Made by a program: the position numbers and the translations under genes
Shown: piece after piece, positions 8,497 through 17,885 of the stretch
Layout of the letters: each line of letters opens with the position of its first letter
Numbering within the stretch: position 1 is the first letter of the stretch
From: Candidatus Hydrogenedentota bacterium
GTDB lineage: Bacteria; Hydrogenedentota; Hydrogenedentia; Hydrogenedentales; SLHB01
Length of the DNA: 64,000 bases
Direction of reading: 5' to 3'
Assembly: GCA_963745075.1 (NCBI GenBank)
Contig: CAVUWV010000008.1
Span: 256,001 to 320,000, forward strand
The notes under the pieces: model-generated
Told to the model about the DNA's origin: nothing
The model's input: only the letters and a program-made list of their open reading frames with translations
Databases searched by the model: none

Positions 8497-9178
8497 TTAA
8501 ACTTGCTTCCGAAATTACTCGGACGGTTAATCCCGCCATGGGCGGGACTCTACCAACTGAGCTATCGGGGATTAAACTTGCTTCCGAAATTACTCGGACG
8601 GTTAATCCCGCCATGGGCGGGACTCTACCAACTGAGCTATCGGGGATTAAACTTGCTTCCGAAATTACTCGGACGGTTAATCCCGCCGTGGGCGGGACTC
8701 TACCAACTGAGCTATCGGGGATTAAACTTGCTTCCGAAATTACTCGGACGGTTAATCCCGCCGTGGGCGGGACTCTACCAACTGAGCTATCGGGGATTAA
8801 ACTTGCTTCCGAAATTACTCGGACGGTTAATCCCGCCGTGGGCGGGACTCTACCAACTGAGCTATCGGGGATTAAACTTGCTTCCGAAATTACTCGGACG
8901 GTTAATCCCGCCGTGGGCGGGACTCTACCAACTGAGCTATCGGGGATTAAACTTGCTTCCGAAATTACTCGGACGGTTAATCCCGCCGTGGGCGGGACTC
9001 TACCAACTGAGCTATCGGGGATTAAACTTGCTTCCGAAATTACTCGGACGGTTAATCCCGCCGTGGGCGGGACTCTACCAACTGAGCTATCGGGGATTAA
9101 ACTTGCTTCCGAAATTACTCGGCCGGTTAATCCCGCCATGGGCGGGACTCTACCAACTGAGCTATCGGGGATTAAACT
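8473..9178 (-). repeat. Tandem array of nine 75-bp tRNA-Asn-derived units
   Basis: Exact 75-bp period, with CTCTACC at 8473 (inside the tRNA), 8548, 8623 ... 9148. Minus-strand unit: 28-nt leader, tRNA nt 1-24, TCCCGCC-CAY-GGCGGGA, tRNA nt 35-40. The only variants are in the hairpin loop (ATG x3, GTG x6 on +) and A>C at 9123. Confidence 0.97.
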
Positions 9179-9203
9179 CGGTCCCGACCCCACGCCACGC
9201 TCT

Positions 9204-9247
9204 TCAAGCCCGCCAAGCGCCGGACTTTACCAATTGAGCTATCGGGG
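9204..9247 (-). repeat. Degenerate tenth array unit
   Basis: TCAAGCCCGCCAAGCGCCGGACTTTACCAATTGAGCTATCGGGG aligns without gaps to the unit consensus with about 7 substitutions; it sits 77 bp from unit 9. Confidence 0.85.
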
Positions 9248-9261
9248 TCAGTTTGACTCAA

Positions 9262-9291
9262 AGTCTACCGCATGGCCGGGACTTAATGCAA
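9262..9291 (-). promoter_or_regulatory. Candidate sigma-70 promoter for the array + tRNA transcript
   Basis: Minus strand TTGCAT-N18-TAGACT with an A-tract upstream; the -10 box ends 14 bp before the tRNA-like 5' end of the degenerate unit. Confidence 0.55.
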
Positions 9292-9569
9292 GTTTTTGCC
9301 ATGTTTGAGCACCGGGACGGTCGCGTAGCCGGTGATTCGCTCCGTTCACGCGCGGCTCCGCGCCGTCCGTTGAGACCCGGAATCTGCCCTGCGCTCGCGC
9401 GGATACGACCGCCCAACCTGACGCAACACCCGGCGCGAAGGGGGTGGTTGTACAGGACTGATTCTCTCGCCTCGCATTTGATAACCTGACGACCATGAGT
9501 TTGGGGTGGCATTGCGTCTGGTGTCCGGTCGTTGACACGCCACGAGAACCGTTTACAAAGGAATCCCTC

Positions 9570-11430
9570 ATGCACCGAAGTCGTCTGTTCGTAGCGTTTT
9601 GGGTAGGAATTCTCGTCTGGAGCGATCTTTGCCTCGCCCAAGCGGCGCAAAAGGGGATCGAACTGCAGGAAACGTCGCGCGACAAGCTGCGCGTGGAGTA
9701 CGTGGGCTATCGCGCCGCGCGGTATGAAACCGAGGCGCTGATCGAGCCGGACAACGAACGGCCGAACCAAGGCGGCCTGGTGTACGTCTATCTCACTAAC
9801 GTCACCGACGAACCGGTTCACTTGGCCTTTTACCAGATTAACGGCAAAGACGAATCGACGTGGCGGCTGGACGGTTTCCTGGCTTGGGACCGCGTCTACA
9901 GCAGCACCTTGCAACCCGGCCAGACCACGGTTCAGGAATTGAACGGGATCACCCGCGATTTCGGGAACGGACAACCCTTCGCGTTCACCTACATCGATCG
10001 CACGTGGAAACCAGCCATGCGGACCTATCGCACCACGCTGGAGGAGGACCCGGTCCAGATTTCATCGGTGCGCATCCGACCGGACATGGCCACGCTGGAC
10101 GTACACGTCCGTCACTCGGTAAAAGCAAAGCGGCATTAGGTTCGTTGGAAATTCTCGGTCATGAAACGGCAACGTGGAATGGGTCGGCGATACAATGCGC
10201 GGCCAATCCCACGCCATCGCCCGGTTGACGCTGGCTACACCGTTGAAACCGTCCGAACTCGCCATCCTGAAACTGGACGTGAACGACGCGGACGGCGAAC
10301 GGTTCGTCTATACCCACCGCCGAGCCTTCGTGGACCGGTTTCCCATCGGCACCTGGTCGGCGAACGAAAAGACCTGGGAAGAGTTGAAGCGGATTCACGT
10401 CGACACCGTCGTGGAAGGCGGCTCGCCGGAAAATCCGTTCTTCTCTAAGGCCGTTCCGACGTATGGGTTCCACGCCATGGTGCCGACGGACAAAGGCCGC
10501 GCCATCGACACCATTCGCAGTCTCGGCGGGTCCCCCGCGGTATCGTGCTGGATGCTGTCGGACGAACCGGACTGGTCCACCGCCGCGAACATCATGCTCT
10601 TCGCCGACGGTCTCGCGCGCCGCTATGACTCCACCATCCCCACCTTCATCACGCTCTGCCGCAACGTGAAATTCTTCGAGTACGCCGCCATCGCGGATAT
10701 CCCGTGCCAGGACCACTACTGCGTCACCGCGCCGACAAGCAGCAAATGGCCCCACGTGTACGGCACGCATCTCGAAGAAACGGCCTACTATACCCGCGAC
10801 CTGAAAGCCGCCTGCGAACCCAAGCCAATCTGGGTGTGGTCCCAGGCGATCGCGAACTGGGAGGAGCGCCCCCTGCGCCCCCTTCCTACGCCGGAGGAAC
10901 TCGCCGCGCAACTCGTCTACAACCTCGGTCGCGGGGCCAAGGGCATCCTCTGGTTCAATTATGACCACGACGTGGCCGAGAAATATCCCGAAGTGCGCGA
11001 CGCCATGCGCGACTGGGGACGCGTGATGCGCATGATCCGGGAAGATTTGCTCGCCTCCGATCCGGTGCAGTTGCACTCGGAGGCGCCGAAGAAAGTCGAC
11101 GTGGCCACGCTGGCCACACGGGATAAGGTCTTCGTGTTCGTGTCGAACCAGGACTACGAAATCGACAAACAGGCCTACCCGTTCCACACGCAGCGGAACG
11201 TGACCGTTCACCTCGATCTGCCCGATTGGGTTGCGCCGAAGGCAGCGCTGGAAGTGTCGCCCGACGGCGTTGCCGAATTGCCCTGCGAAATGAGCCGCAG
11301 TGGCGCGAGGTTGACGCTGAATGAGCTGCACGTTGCCCGGGTCTTCGTACTCGCGAACGACGCTGAATCCAGGTCATCATACGAAACCGAATACCAGCAA
11401 GCATTGTCCGACGAGCAAAAGACGTACTGA
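9570..11430 (+). CDS. Secreted hypothetical protein with a glycoside-hydrolase-like C-terminal domain (two apparent indels at about 10117 and 10172)
   Basis: Signal peptide at ATG 9570. ORFs 9495..10139 and 10174..11430 are bridged by GKSKAALGSLEILGHETA in the third frame. WMLSDEPD, CQDHYC and RGAKGILWF motifs. Confidence 0.65.
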
Positions 11431-11574
11431 TTCCGCGAATCTGGAAATCGTCACGTCGCCGGGCGTAGGATCGCACTCCACCCTCTGCAAGGCGGGGTGG
11501 TAAGACGATCGTTACCCGTGTGTGCTTCCGTGGCGATCCGTTCCTGATGGCGTGCCTTGCGGAGTTGTTTTGAC

Positions 11575-12783
11575 ATGTACGATGCAATCGTTGTGGGTGC
11601 CCGGTGCGCGGGATCTCCGCTCGCCATGCTGCTGGCGCAAAAAGGATATTCGGTGCTACTGGTCGATCGGGCCACATTCCCGAGCGACACCGTGTCCACC
11701 CATTTCATTTGGCAAGCCGGCGTTTCCTATTTGAAACGGTGGGGGCTGCTGGATGCCGTGGCGGCCAGCAATTGTCCGCCCATCCGTAAAGTGCGACTCG
11801 ACGCCGGCGACGTGATCCTCGAGGGGAGTCCCCCACCCACGGAAGACGGCGTCGCGGACGCGTACGGTCCGCGCCGCAAGGTATTGGACCCAATCCTGCT
11901 CGACGCCGCCATCGCTGCGGGCGTCGAGTTTCGCGAGGGATTCTGGGTACGCGAACTCGTGGAAGAACGCGGTCGTGTCGTGGGATTGCGCGGCGCCACC
12001 AAGAATGGGCCTGCGACCACGGAGCGGGCACGCATCGTCATCGGCGCCGACGGCATGCGTTCATCCATCGCGCGCATGGCCGGCGCGGATGAATACAACC
12101 TGTCGCAGCCGCTTTGTCCCAGTTACTACACCTATTGGAGCGGCGTGCCTTGCGACGCCTTTGAAATGGTGGCGCGAACCGGCTGGGGGATGGGTGCGCT
12201 GCCCACGAATGACGGCCTCACCTGCGTCGTCGTCGGCTTCAACGAATCGCTGTTCCCCAATTACCGATCCGACGTCGAAGGAACCTACCACCGCTCCCTC
12301 GCGTTGTGCCCCCGTTTCCATGAACTCCTGCAGGATCGCAAACCCGAAGAACGCATTATGGGAATTGTCGAATCCGAAAGCTTCTTCCGAAAACCCCACG
12401 GGCCCGGCTGGGCCTTAGTCGGCGATGCCGGGTATTACCGTCATCCCCTCACCGCACAAGGCATTACCGACGCCTTTCGCGATGCGACGCTACTGGCGGA
12501 CGCCCTTCACGAAGCGTTCTCGGAAGACCGGAATGAGGAAGCCGCGCTCCAGGACTATGAGCGCAAGCGCAATGAAGCCGTCTTGCCCATGTTTGAAAGC
12601 ACCTGCCAACGGGCCGCCTTGAACCCGTTGCCCCCGGAAATGATGCAGTTCTTCCACGCCCTGGCGAAGAATCAGGAAGAGACCGACCGGTTCTTTGGTA
12701 CCGATGCGGGCACGGTGCCCATGCAGGAGTTCTTCTCGCCGCAGAACATGGAACGCATCATGGCCGGTGCGGCGACGGTCTGA
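11575..12783 (+). CDS. FAD-dependent oxidoreductase (geranylgeranyl reductase/hydroxylase-like)
   Basis: DAIVVGARCAG, IVIGADG and WALVGDAGY...PLTAQGITDA motifs. Confidence 0.9.
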   Translation: MYDAIVVGARCAGSPLAMLLAQKGYSVLLVDRATFPSDTVSTHFIWQAGVSYLKRWGLLDAVAASNCPPIRKVRLDAGDVILEGSPPPTEDGVADAYGPRRKVLDPILLDAAIAAGVEFREGFWVRELVEERGRVVGLRGATKNGPATTERARIVIGADGMRSSIARMAGADEYNLSQPLCPSYYTYWSGVPCDAFEMVARTGWGMGALPTNDGLTCVVVGFNESLFPNYRSDVEGTYHRSLALCPRFHELLQDRKPEERIMGIVESESFFRKPHGPGWALVGDAGYYRHPLTAQGITDAFRDATLLADALHEAFSEDRNEEAALQDYERKRNEAVLPMFESTCQRAALNPLPPEMMQFFHALAKNQEETDRFFGTDAGTVPMQEFFSPQNMERIMAGAATV

Positions 12784-12789
12784 AGACGG

Positions 12790-13986
12790 CTATCGTGTCT
12801 TCGCGGGCGCGTCGATCAAATCCCGAATGTCCCCATAGTTCTTGAGGTCGATCAAGTCCGGATTATACGGAGCGTCCGGCGCGGACGCCATGATGTCACG
12901 GTCCATGTAGTACTCGTTGTTCGGCTTGAAGCCCGGCACGGTGATCACGTTGACGAACACGTCGATCCCGCGATGCCCGGTGCCGGGCCGAATGTGAACA
13001 AAGTCCCCGGGTTCGAGCCGGTGCTCCTCGTGGCAGGTTAAGTCGTGCAGGTCCGGGTACGTTATCAACGACGCCTCCCGGCCATGCGTGTCGAGGCCGT
13101 ACGCGGCCGGGTCCAGCACCAGGTAAAACTCGTTCTGCGCGCTGTCGCCAATGACGCCCTGCGGCGGATGAAAGTGGGATGGCGACGTTTCCTTCGCGAT
13201 GTTGACGACGTGGCTGTTCACGAAATTCACGCCGTCGCCTCGCTCTCCCGGTTCGCTGAGGTACCAGGTCAAGGGCAAGCGGCGAAACGGTTCGAAGTCG
13301 AAGTTGCATCCCCCGGAACTGTCTTTGAGATAGCGCAGCCGCATCGTCGCAGAAACATGACTCGTCATACGAGCGACGTTTTCCAGCGTCAAACACGCAA
13401 ACGATCCACGCACGGGCAATCCCACGCCGGCACACACCACAAGCTGATCACCTTCCATAATCCGTTCCCACGAATCCACGGATTTCCGCGAGTACCCGGC
13501 GTCCGCACATAGACCGAACAAGTTTCGTAAGGCGGAATCGATAGCCGGGTCTTCCGACCATGGCGCGGGGATGTGCTCGAGTTTCCACAAATCGTTTGCA
13601 AAATCGCCGACGTACGATTCCCCCTGCCATCGACTCAGGATGGCATCCACAGGAGCGCCGGCCGCTTCGACCACGGAATCGCGCCGTTCCCGGAGGGTCG
13701 TCAGAAGTTCTAGCAACCCGGCGGGCATGGGCTGGGGTTCGTACGCGGAAGGCAGCGCACCCCCGTCACCTTCTTTGGTCCGGAATCCGGCGGGGAGAAA
13801 GACTTCGCCCGCTCCTTCATAAAGCCAGAAGATCCTCATCCCACCGCGTGCGCTTTGGAGAATGGTCTCGCCATCGCGGAGGACGAAGCGGTCGAATTCG
13901 AGCGACGGATGATCCCGTTTGAAATGTCGGGCGAACGACCGTATCGCGTCGTCGTCCCCCATGCGCATCACGCGCACTTCGGGCAT
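12790..13986 (-). CDS. Hypothetical protein with a C-terminal cupin-like metal site
   Basis: SHFHP...NEFYLV and LEPGDFVHIRPGTGH match cupin motifs 1 and 2. Confidence 0.65.
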   Translation of the reverse strand: MPEVRVMRMGDDDAIRSFARHFKRDHPSLEFDRFVLRDGETILQSARGGMRIFWLYEGAGEVFLPAGFRTKEGDGGALPSAYEPQPMPAGLLELLTTLRERRDSVVEAAGAPVDAILSRWQGESYVGDFANDLWKLEHIPAPWSEDPAIDSALRNLFGLCADAGYSRKSVDSWERIMEGDQLVVCAGVGLPVRGSFACLTLENVARMTSHVSATMRLRYLKDSSGGCNFDFEPFRRLPLTWYLSEPGERGDGVNFVNSHVVNIAKETSPSHFHPPQGVIGDSAQNEFYLVLDPAAYGLDTHGREASLITYPDLHDLTCHEEHRLEPGDFVHIRPGTGHRGIDVFVNVITVPGFKPNNEYYMDRDIMASAPDAPYNPDLIDLKNYGDIRDLIDAPAKTR

Positions 13987-14010
13987 GGCATCAGCTCCCG
14001 TGTTGGCGCG

Positions 14011-16773
14011 CTATTCCCCGGTATACCCGAGGGCGCGCAACTCTTCGACGATATCCTCGGTAAGCGGTTTCGCGGCTGAACGCTTGGCCGCAGGCGACAC
14101 GTACCAGATCCGCAGGACGTTTTTGCCCGTCAAATCCGTCTGCGGCCGGGCATATTCCGCCGCCGACGGGTCGAGCGGGATCGTGAATTGGGTGCCGGTC
14201 TGGACCGGCGCGTCGCCGACCGCCAGACTGAATTCGGATTCCCCGTTCACGGTGACCACCAGCTTAGTCATCGGGTCAGTCGTACGCAGTATCAGTTCGT
14301 CGTCACCATCGCGGCCCATCCGCACGATCACGGAACGACCCTTGAGAATCATGTTTTGGCGATCCCATCCCCGCGTGAGAATGGCCGTATCCAACGCGCT
14401 GTCCGCGGCGACTTCGAGATCGCCCCGCCAATTCGGGTCCGCCAGGGAGTAGGCGAAATGCCAGCCTTCCGGGCTGACCCGGTAAAAATCCAGCAGGTCG
14501 CTTTGCAGTTCACCTACCGAGTCCTTGGCGTCGGCGTACAGGTTATTCTGCTCGGCCCGATCCGTCTTCATGTCGTAGAGTTCGTAACGGTCGCCGCGTA
14601 CGTTCCGGATCAGTTTGACGTCGTCCGTGCGGATCGCTTTTTGATTCATCCGTTGCACGTACGCTTTGCCCGAGGGCGTTTGCCCGCCGTTCAAGAGTTT
14701 CGACAGATCCTGGCCGTCAACGGGTTTCGGCAACGGAACACCCAACACGCCCAGAATGGTCGGGTACAGATCGGCCAATTGCACGACGTGCGGGTACCGC
14801 GTCCCGCCGTGCTGGCCGTGCGGGAACCGAATCAACAGGGGGACGTGCGCGCTCTGCTCGTATACGTTGCCGTGCCCGTAAGTTCCGTGTTCGCCAAACT
14901 CCTCGCCGTGGTCTGCGGTTACGATGATGAGCGCGCGGTCGTAGAGGCCGAGACGCTTCAGCTTGTCAAAGAAGGCATGGATATTCTGGTCCACCATGCG
15001 GATGCAGTCGTCGTAGAGAGCGATGCAATACGCCACCTCGTCGGGCGTAATCTCAATCTCACCCCGATCGACCGAGAGCATGAAGTCCTCACCATTCACC
15101 TCGTCGCGACCCTCGCGCTCGAAGGTCGGCGGCGAATCGAACTCCTTGGCAAAATGCAGATAGCTGGGATCGTCGGGCCCGTACGGCAGGCCGTCATACT
15201 GCCGGGCCGGCTTCGAGTGGGCGTCGAAATTATGGAAGAACACAAACAGGTTCGGGACCGGATGATTGTCGATCCAGCCCTCTAACAAGGCGCGGGTGTC
15301 GTAGACGGCGCGAAAACGCCAATCCGGAATGTTGTAGATATCGAAGCCGTGCGAGAATCCGCGCCAGGGATACAACCAGAAGCTGAATCCTGTGTAGCCC
15401 GCGGTCAAGTACCCTGCACCGCGCAGCGCTTCGGGAAGCGTAACGGTCGACTCCGGGAGGTTGGCGTTGGCGGTCATTCCGTGGTTCTTCGGATACAACC
15501 CCGTAAAGATGGTGCCGTGGGACGGCAAGGTCCACGTCTCATTGGAAATCGCATTCTCGAAGAGCACGGCCTCCTTCGCAAAAGCGTCGAGGTTCGGCGA
15601 GGTCTCGCGAAGGTAGCCGTAGCACGACAAGTGATCCGCGCGCACGGTGTCGCACACGATCAGAACGACGGGCGTCGCGCTCGTGTTCGACGCCCCACTG
15701 TAAATCATGGGATCGCCCCAGAACGCGTAGTCTGAATCCGGCGTCTCGCCATGGTCGACACGCAGGTTCAGCGTCACCGGTTGTCCGGCGTATTGGGACA
15801 GATCGAGATCGAGCGGCAGCCAGAACCGATGCGTCTCGACGGTCGCGGGCGATAACGTTTCGTCCGCCAGCGTGTGGGCGCCGTCCGGCGCGTCCAATTC
15901 GACGATAAACCGGGCCTCGCCGTTGCGCCCGTTCTCCCAGGAACGAGGGTGCATGCCGAGGTGTACGTCGAGCCTTCCGTTTTCGGGCACGGTGAACGAC
16001 CAAGGCGGTTGCGTGCCATACAACGCCTCATGTGTCTGCGTGTCCAGCGTCACCCGCGCCGGCCCTTCCGGAGGCACGTACAGGAATTTTAGTTCACGGA
16101 CTTCGACATTGGCCGGTTGGTCCGACGGATAGAAGGCGATACTCTTGATCGTACCCAGCCACGTCTCGGCATTGTAAGGATCGAGAGCAAGGCGGTACGT
16201 GTGCAATTCATTATCCGCAAAGATCGGTGTACCGACCCCTTCGTTCCGCAAGACCGACGGTTCCAGATCGCTGGACCAGCTCAAAATGCACCGGGATCCC
16301 CGGTCGGCGCGCAACGTCACTTCCAATACATTGTAATGACTCGCCAAGAACCGGTGGTTCGTTTCGATGCTGCTGTACTTGTCGCCCGCCTTCACCCGAA
16401 TGTACTCGGGGGTCTTCTCGATCATCTTGGCGATTGCCGCCTTGTCTTCGGCACCGCCACTCCGCATGCCGAGCGACACTCGCATGGTTTCCAGGGGAAT
16501 GACGAGAGGGTCTCGTTGTGTGTTCTGCCGGTGGGCGAGGATGTCTTGCGTCAGACGCAAGGTCTGCGCTGCGCTGTCCTGCGTTGCAATGGGTTGCGCC
16601 ACGACGACCGCCGTATCCGACGGATCGTGGACGTCCTCCTTCGACACCGGCCCGCGTCTGCACGCGGGCAAGACCAGCAGACCGGCCGCCAGCAGCAACA
16701 GGATGCGGGCATGGTTAAGCCGGAGAATCATGCGTGTGAGTGTACCTCGTGTTACCGGATTCGTGGTCATCAT
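14011..16773 (-). CDS. Large sulfatase-like lipoprotein with accessory beta domains
   Basis: Lipobox LPA-C; LIVCDTVRADHL, WTLPSHGTIFTGLYP, YDDCIRMVD, ADHGEEFGEHG and terminal LRALGY. Confidence 0.88.
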   Translation of the reverse strand: MMTTNPVTRGTLTRMILRLNHARILLLLAAGLLVLPACRRGPVSKEDVHDPSDTAVVVAQPIATQDSAAQTLRLTQDILAHRQNTQRDPLVIPLETMRVSLGMRSGGAEDKAAIAKMIEKTPEYIRVKAGDKYSSIETNHRFLASHYNVLEVTLRADRGSRCILSWSSDLEPSVLRNEGVGTPIFADNELHTYRLALDPYNAETWLGTIKSIAFYPSDQPANVEVRELKFLYVPPEGPARVTLDTQTHEALYGTQPPWSFTVPENGRLDVHLGMHPRSWENGRNGEARFIVELDAPDGAHTLADETLSPATVETHRFWLPLDLDLSQYAGQPVTLNLRVDHGETPDSDYAFWGDPMIYSGASNTSATPVVLIVCDTVRADHLSCYGYLRETSPNLDAFAKEAVLFENAISNETWTLPSHGTIFTGLYPKNHGMTANANLPESTVTLPEALRGAGYLTAGYTGFSFWLYPWRGFSHGFDIYNIPDWRFRAVYDTRALLEGWIDNHPVPNLFVFFHNFDAHSKPARQYDGLPYGPDDPSYLHFAKEFDSPPTFEREGRDEVNGEDFMLSVDRGEIEITPDEVAYCIALYDDCIRMVDQNIHAFFDKLKRLGLYDRALIIVTADHGEEFGEHGTYGHGNVYEQSAHVPLLIRFPHGQHGGTRYPHVVQLADLYPTILGVLGVPLPKPVDGQDLSKLLNGGQTPSGKAYVQRMNQKAIRTDDVKLIRNVRGDRYELYDMKTDRAEQNNLYADAKDSVGELQSDLLDFYRVSPEGWHFAYSLADPNWRGDLEVAADSALDTAILTRGWDRQNMILKGRSVIVRMGRDGDDELILRTTDPMTKLVVTVNGESEFSLAVGDAPVQTGTQFTIPLDPSAAEYARPQTDLTGKNVLRIWYVSPAAKRSAAKPLTEDIVEELRALGYTGE

Positions 16774-16896
16774 CGGAATGTAGCCGAGCGGCCCATTTGG
16801 ATCCGGAGTGAATGCCGCACACTAGCCGACCCCCGAATGACGTGTCAACTCCGCGACGTGTTGTCGTGGAACGCGAGGCAGAAACGCCCCGGACAT

Positions 16897-17654
16897 TCAA
16901 ATCTCTATCACCGTGATCTCCGGTCGACAGGCGAACCGAACGGACAACAGAAAGGTGCCGATCCCGGGATTCACATACAGCGGACCGCCGGGGGTTTGGA
17001 AACGTCCGCGGCTATAGGACCCCACCCGGTCCGGCACGACGGGGGCTCCGAAAAAGGGCACCCGGCATTGGCCGCCGTGAGAGTGGCCCGCGAGAATCAG
17101 GTCGAACGGTTCGCCGTGCACCATGTCCGCGTCCATGGGATAGTGAGTGAGCAGGATATGTTTGCGCGAGCCCGGCGCCGGTTCGGATTGCGGGATGCGG
17201 TTGTCGTTGCCGACGATTTGGAGGTCGCCGATTTGCACATCCGTGTTGCGCATCCATGCGCCGCCGGTGGATTCGAAACACGCGGCAATATCGGACTGAC
17301 TACCCCGCGCGATGTAATCCCAATTGCCGGGCACGCCGTAGGTGGGCGGTGTGAGTTTGCTCAGGCCATCGAGCGCTTCGGTAAGAAACGATCTTTCTTC
17401 CACGATGTCGCCCGTGAAACAGACGAAGTCCGGGGACAGGGTGTTGACGTGGTCGACGACCTTCGCCAAGTCGCGCGGTCGCCCTTGTGATGAAGATCGG
17501 TGAAATGTACGAACCGGGTCGTGGGATCTCCGGACATCTTCAGTTTGCGCACCCGAAGCCACTCCGGCTCCAGCCAGAACGCATCCGCGACGCACACCGC
17601 TGGAACCGAGTAAAACGCTGTGCGCAAGAACCATCGGCGCGGAATACGCGGCAT
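16897..17654 (-). CDS. Metallophosphoesterase, YkuE-like (apparent indel near 17475)
   Basis: The N-terminal part (RRWFL, FTDLHH) is in one frame; FTGD, PGNWD, LLTHYP and AGHSHGGQ are in another. Confidence 0.85.
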
Positions 17655-17885
17655 GCCCATGATGGAACACCTCCACGGTCTCAATCCAAATCGCGTCCCT
17701 TACCATGGTATCACCGCAACGTGGTGGGGGTACCATCTTTGGCGATTTCGATAGGGGTCGCGAAGGACGGTTGGCCAGCCTTCCCTACCCCTATCGCATC
17801 GTGCAATGGGGTTATCCCGCCCGCTCGTGATATCCTGTAAGGCAAGTACGGTGCTGAATTCTTACCCGAATCGAGAACGTGCGCG

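Noticed and set aside
8497..9178. Cluster of ten functional tRNA-Asn genes
   Set aside because: The units contain only tRNA nt 1-24 and 35-40, with no intact anticodon, T-arm or 3' acceptor strand.
8473..9247. CRISPR array
   Set aside because: The units are near-identical over their full 75 bp with no unique spacers, the sequence is tRNA-derived, and there are no cas genes in the window.
8455..9308. Repeat-protein ORFs of 260, 244 and 256 aa
   Set aside because: They are a by-product of a 75-bp period (a multiple of 3) with stop-free frames; two of the three overlap the tRNA and none has protein features.
15500..15560. Sulfatase lacking the CxPxR motif as a novelty
   Set aside because: The W-T-x-P-S-H variant is common among sulfatase-like alkaline-phosphatase-superfamily proteins.
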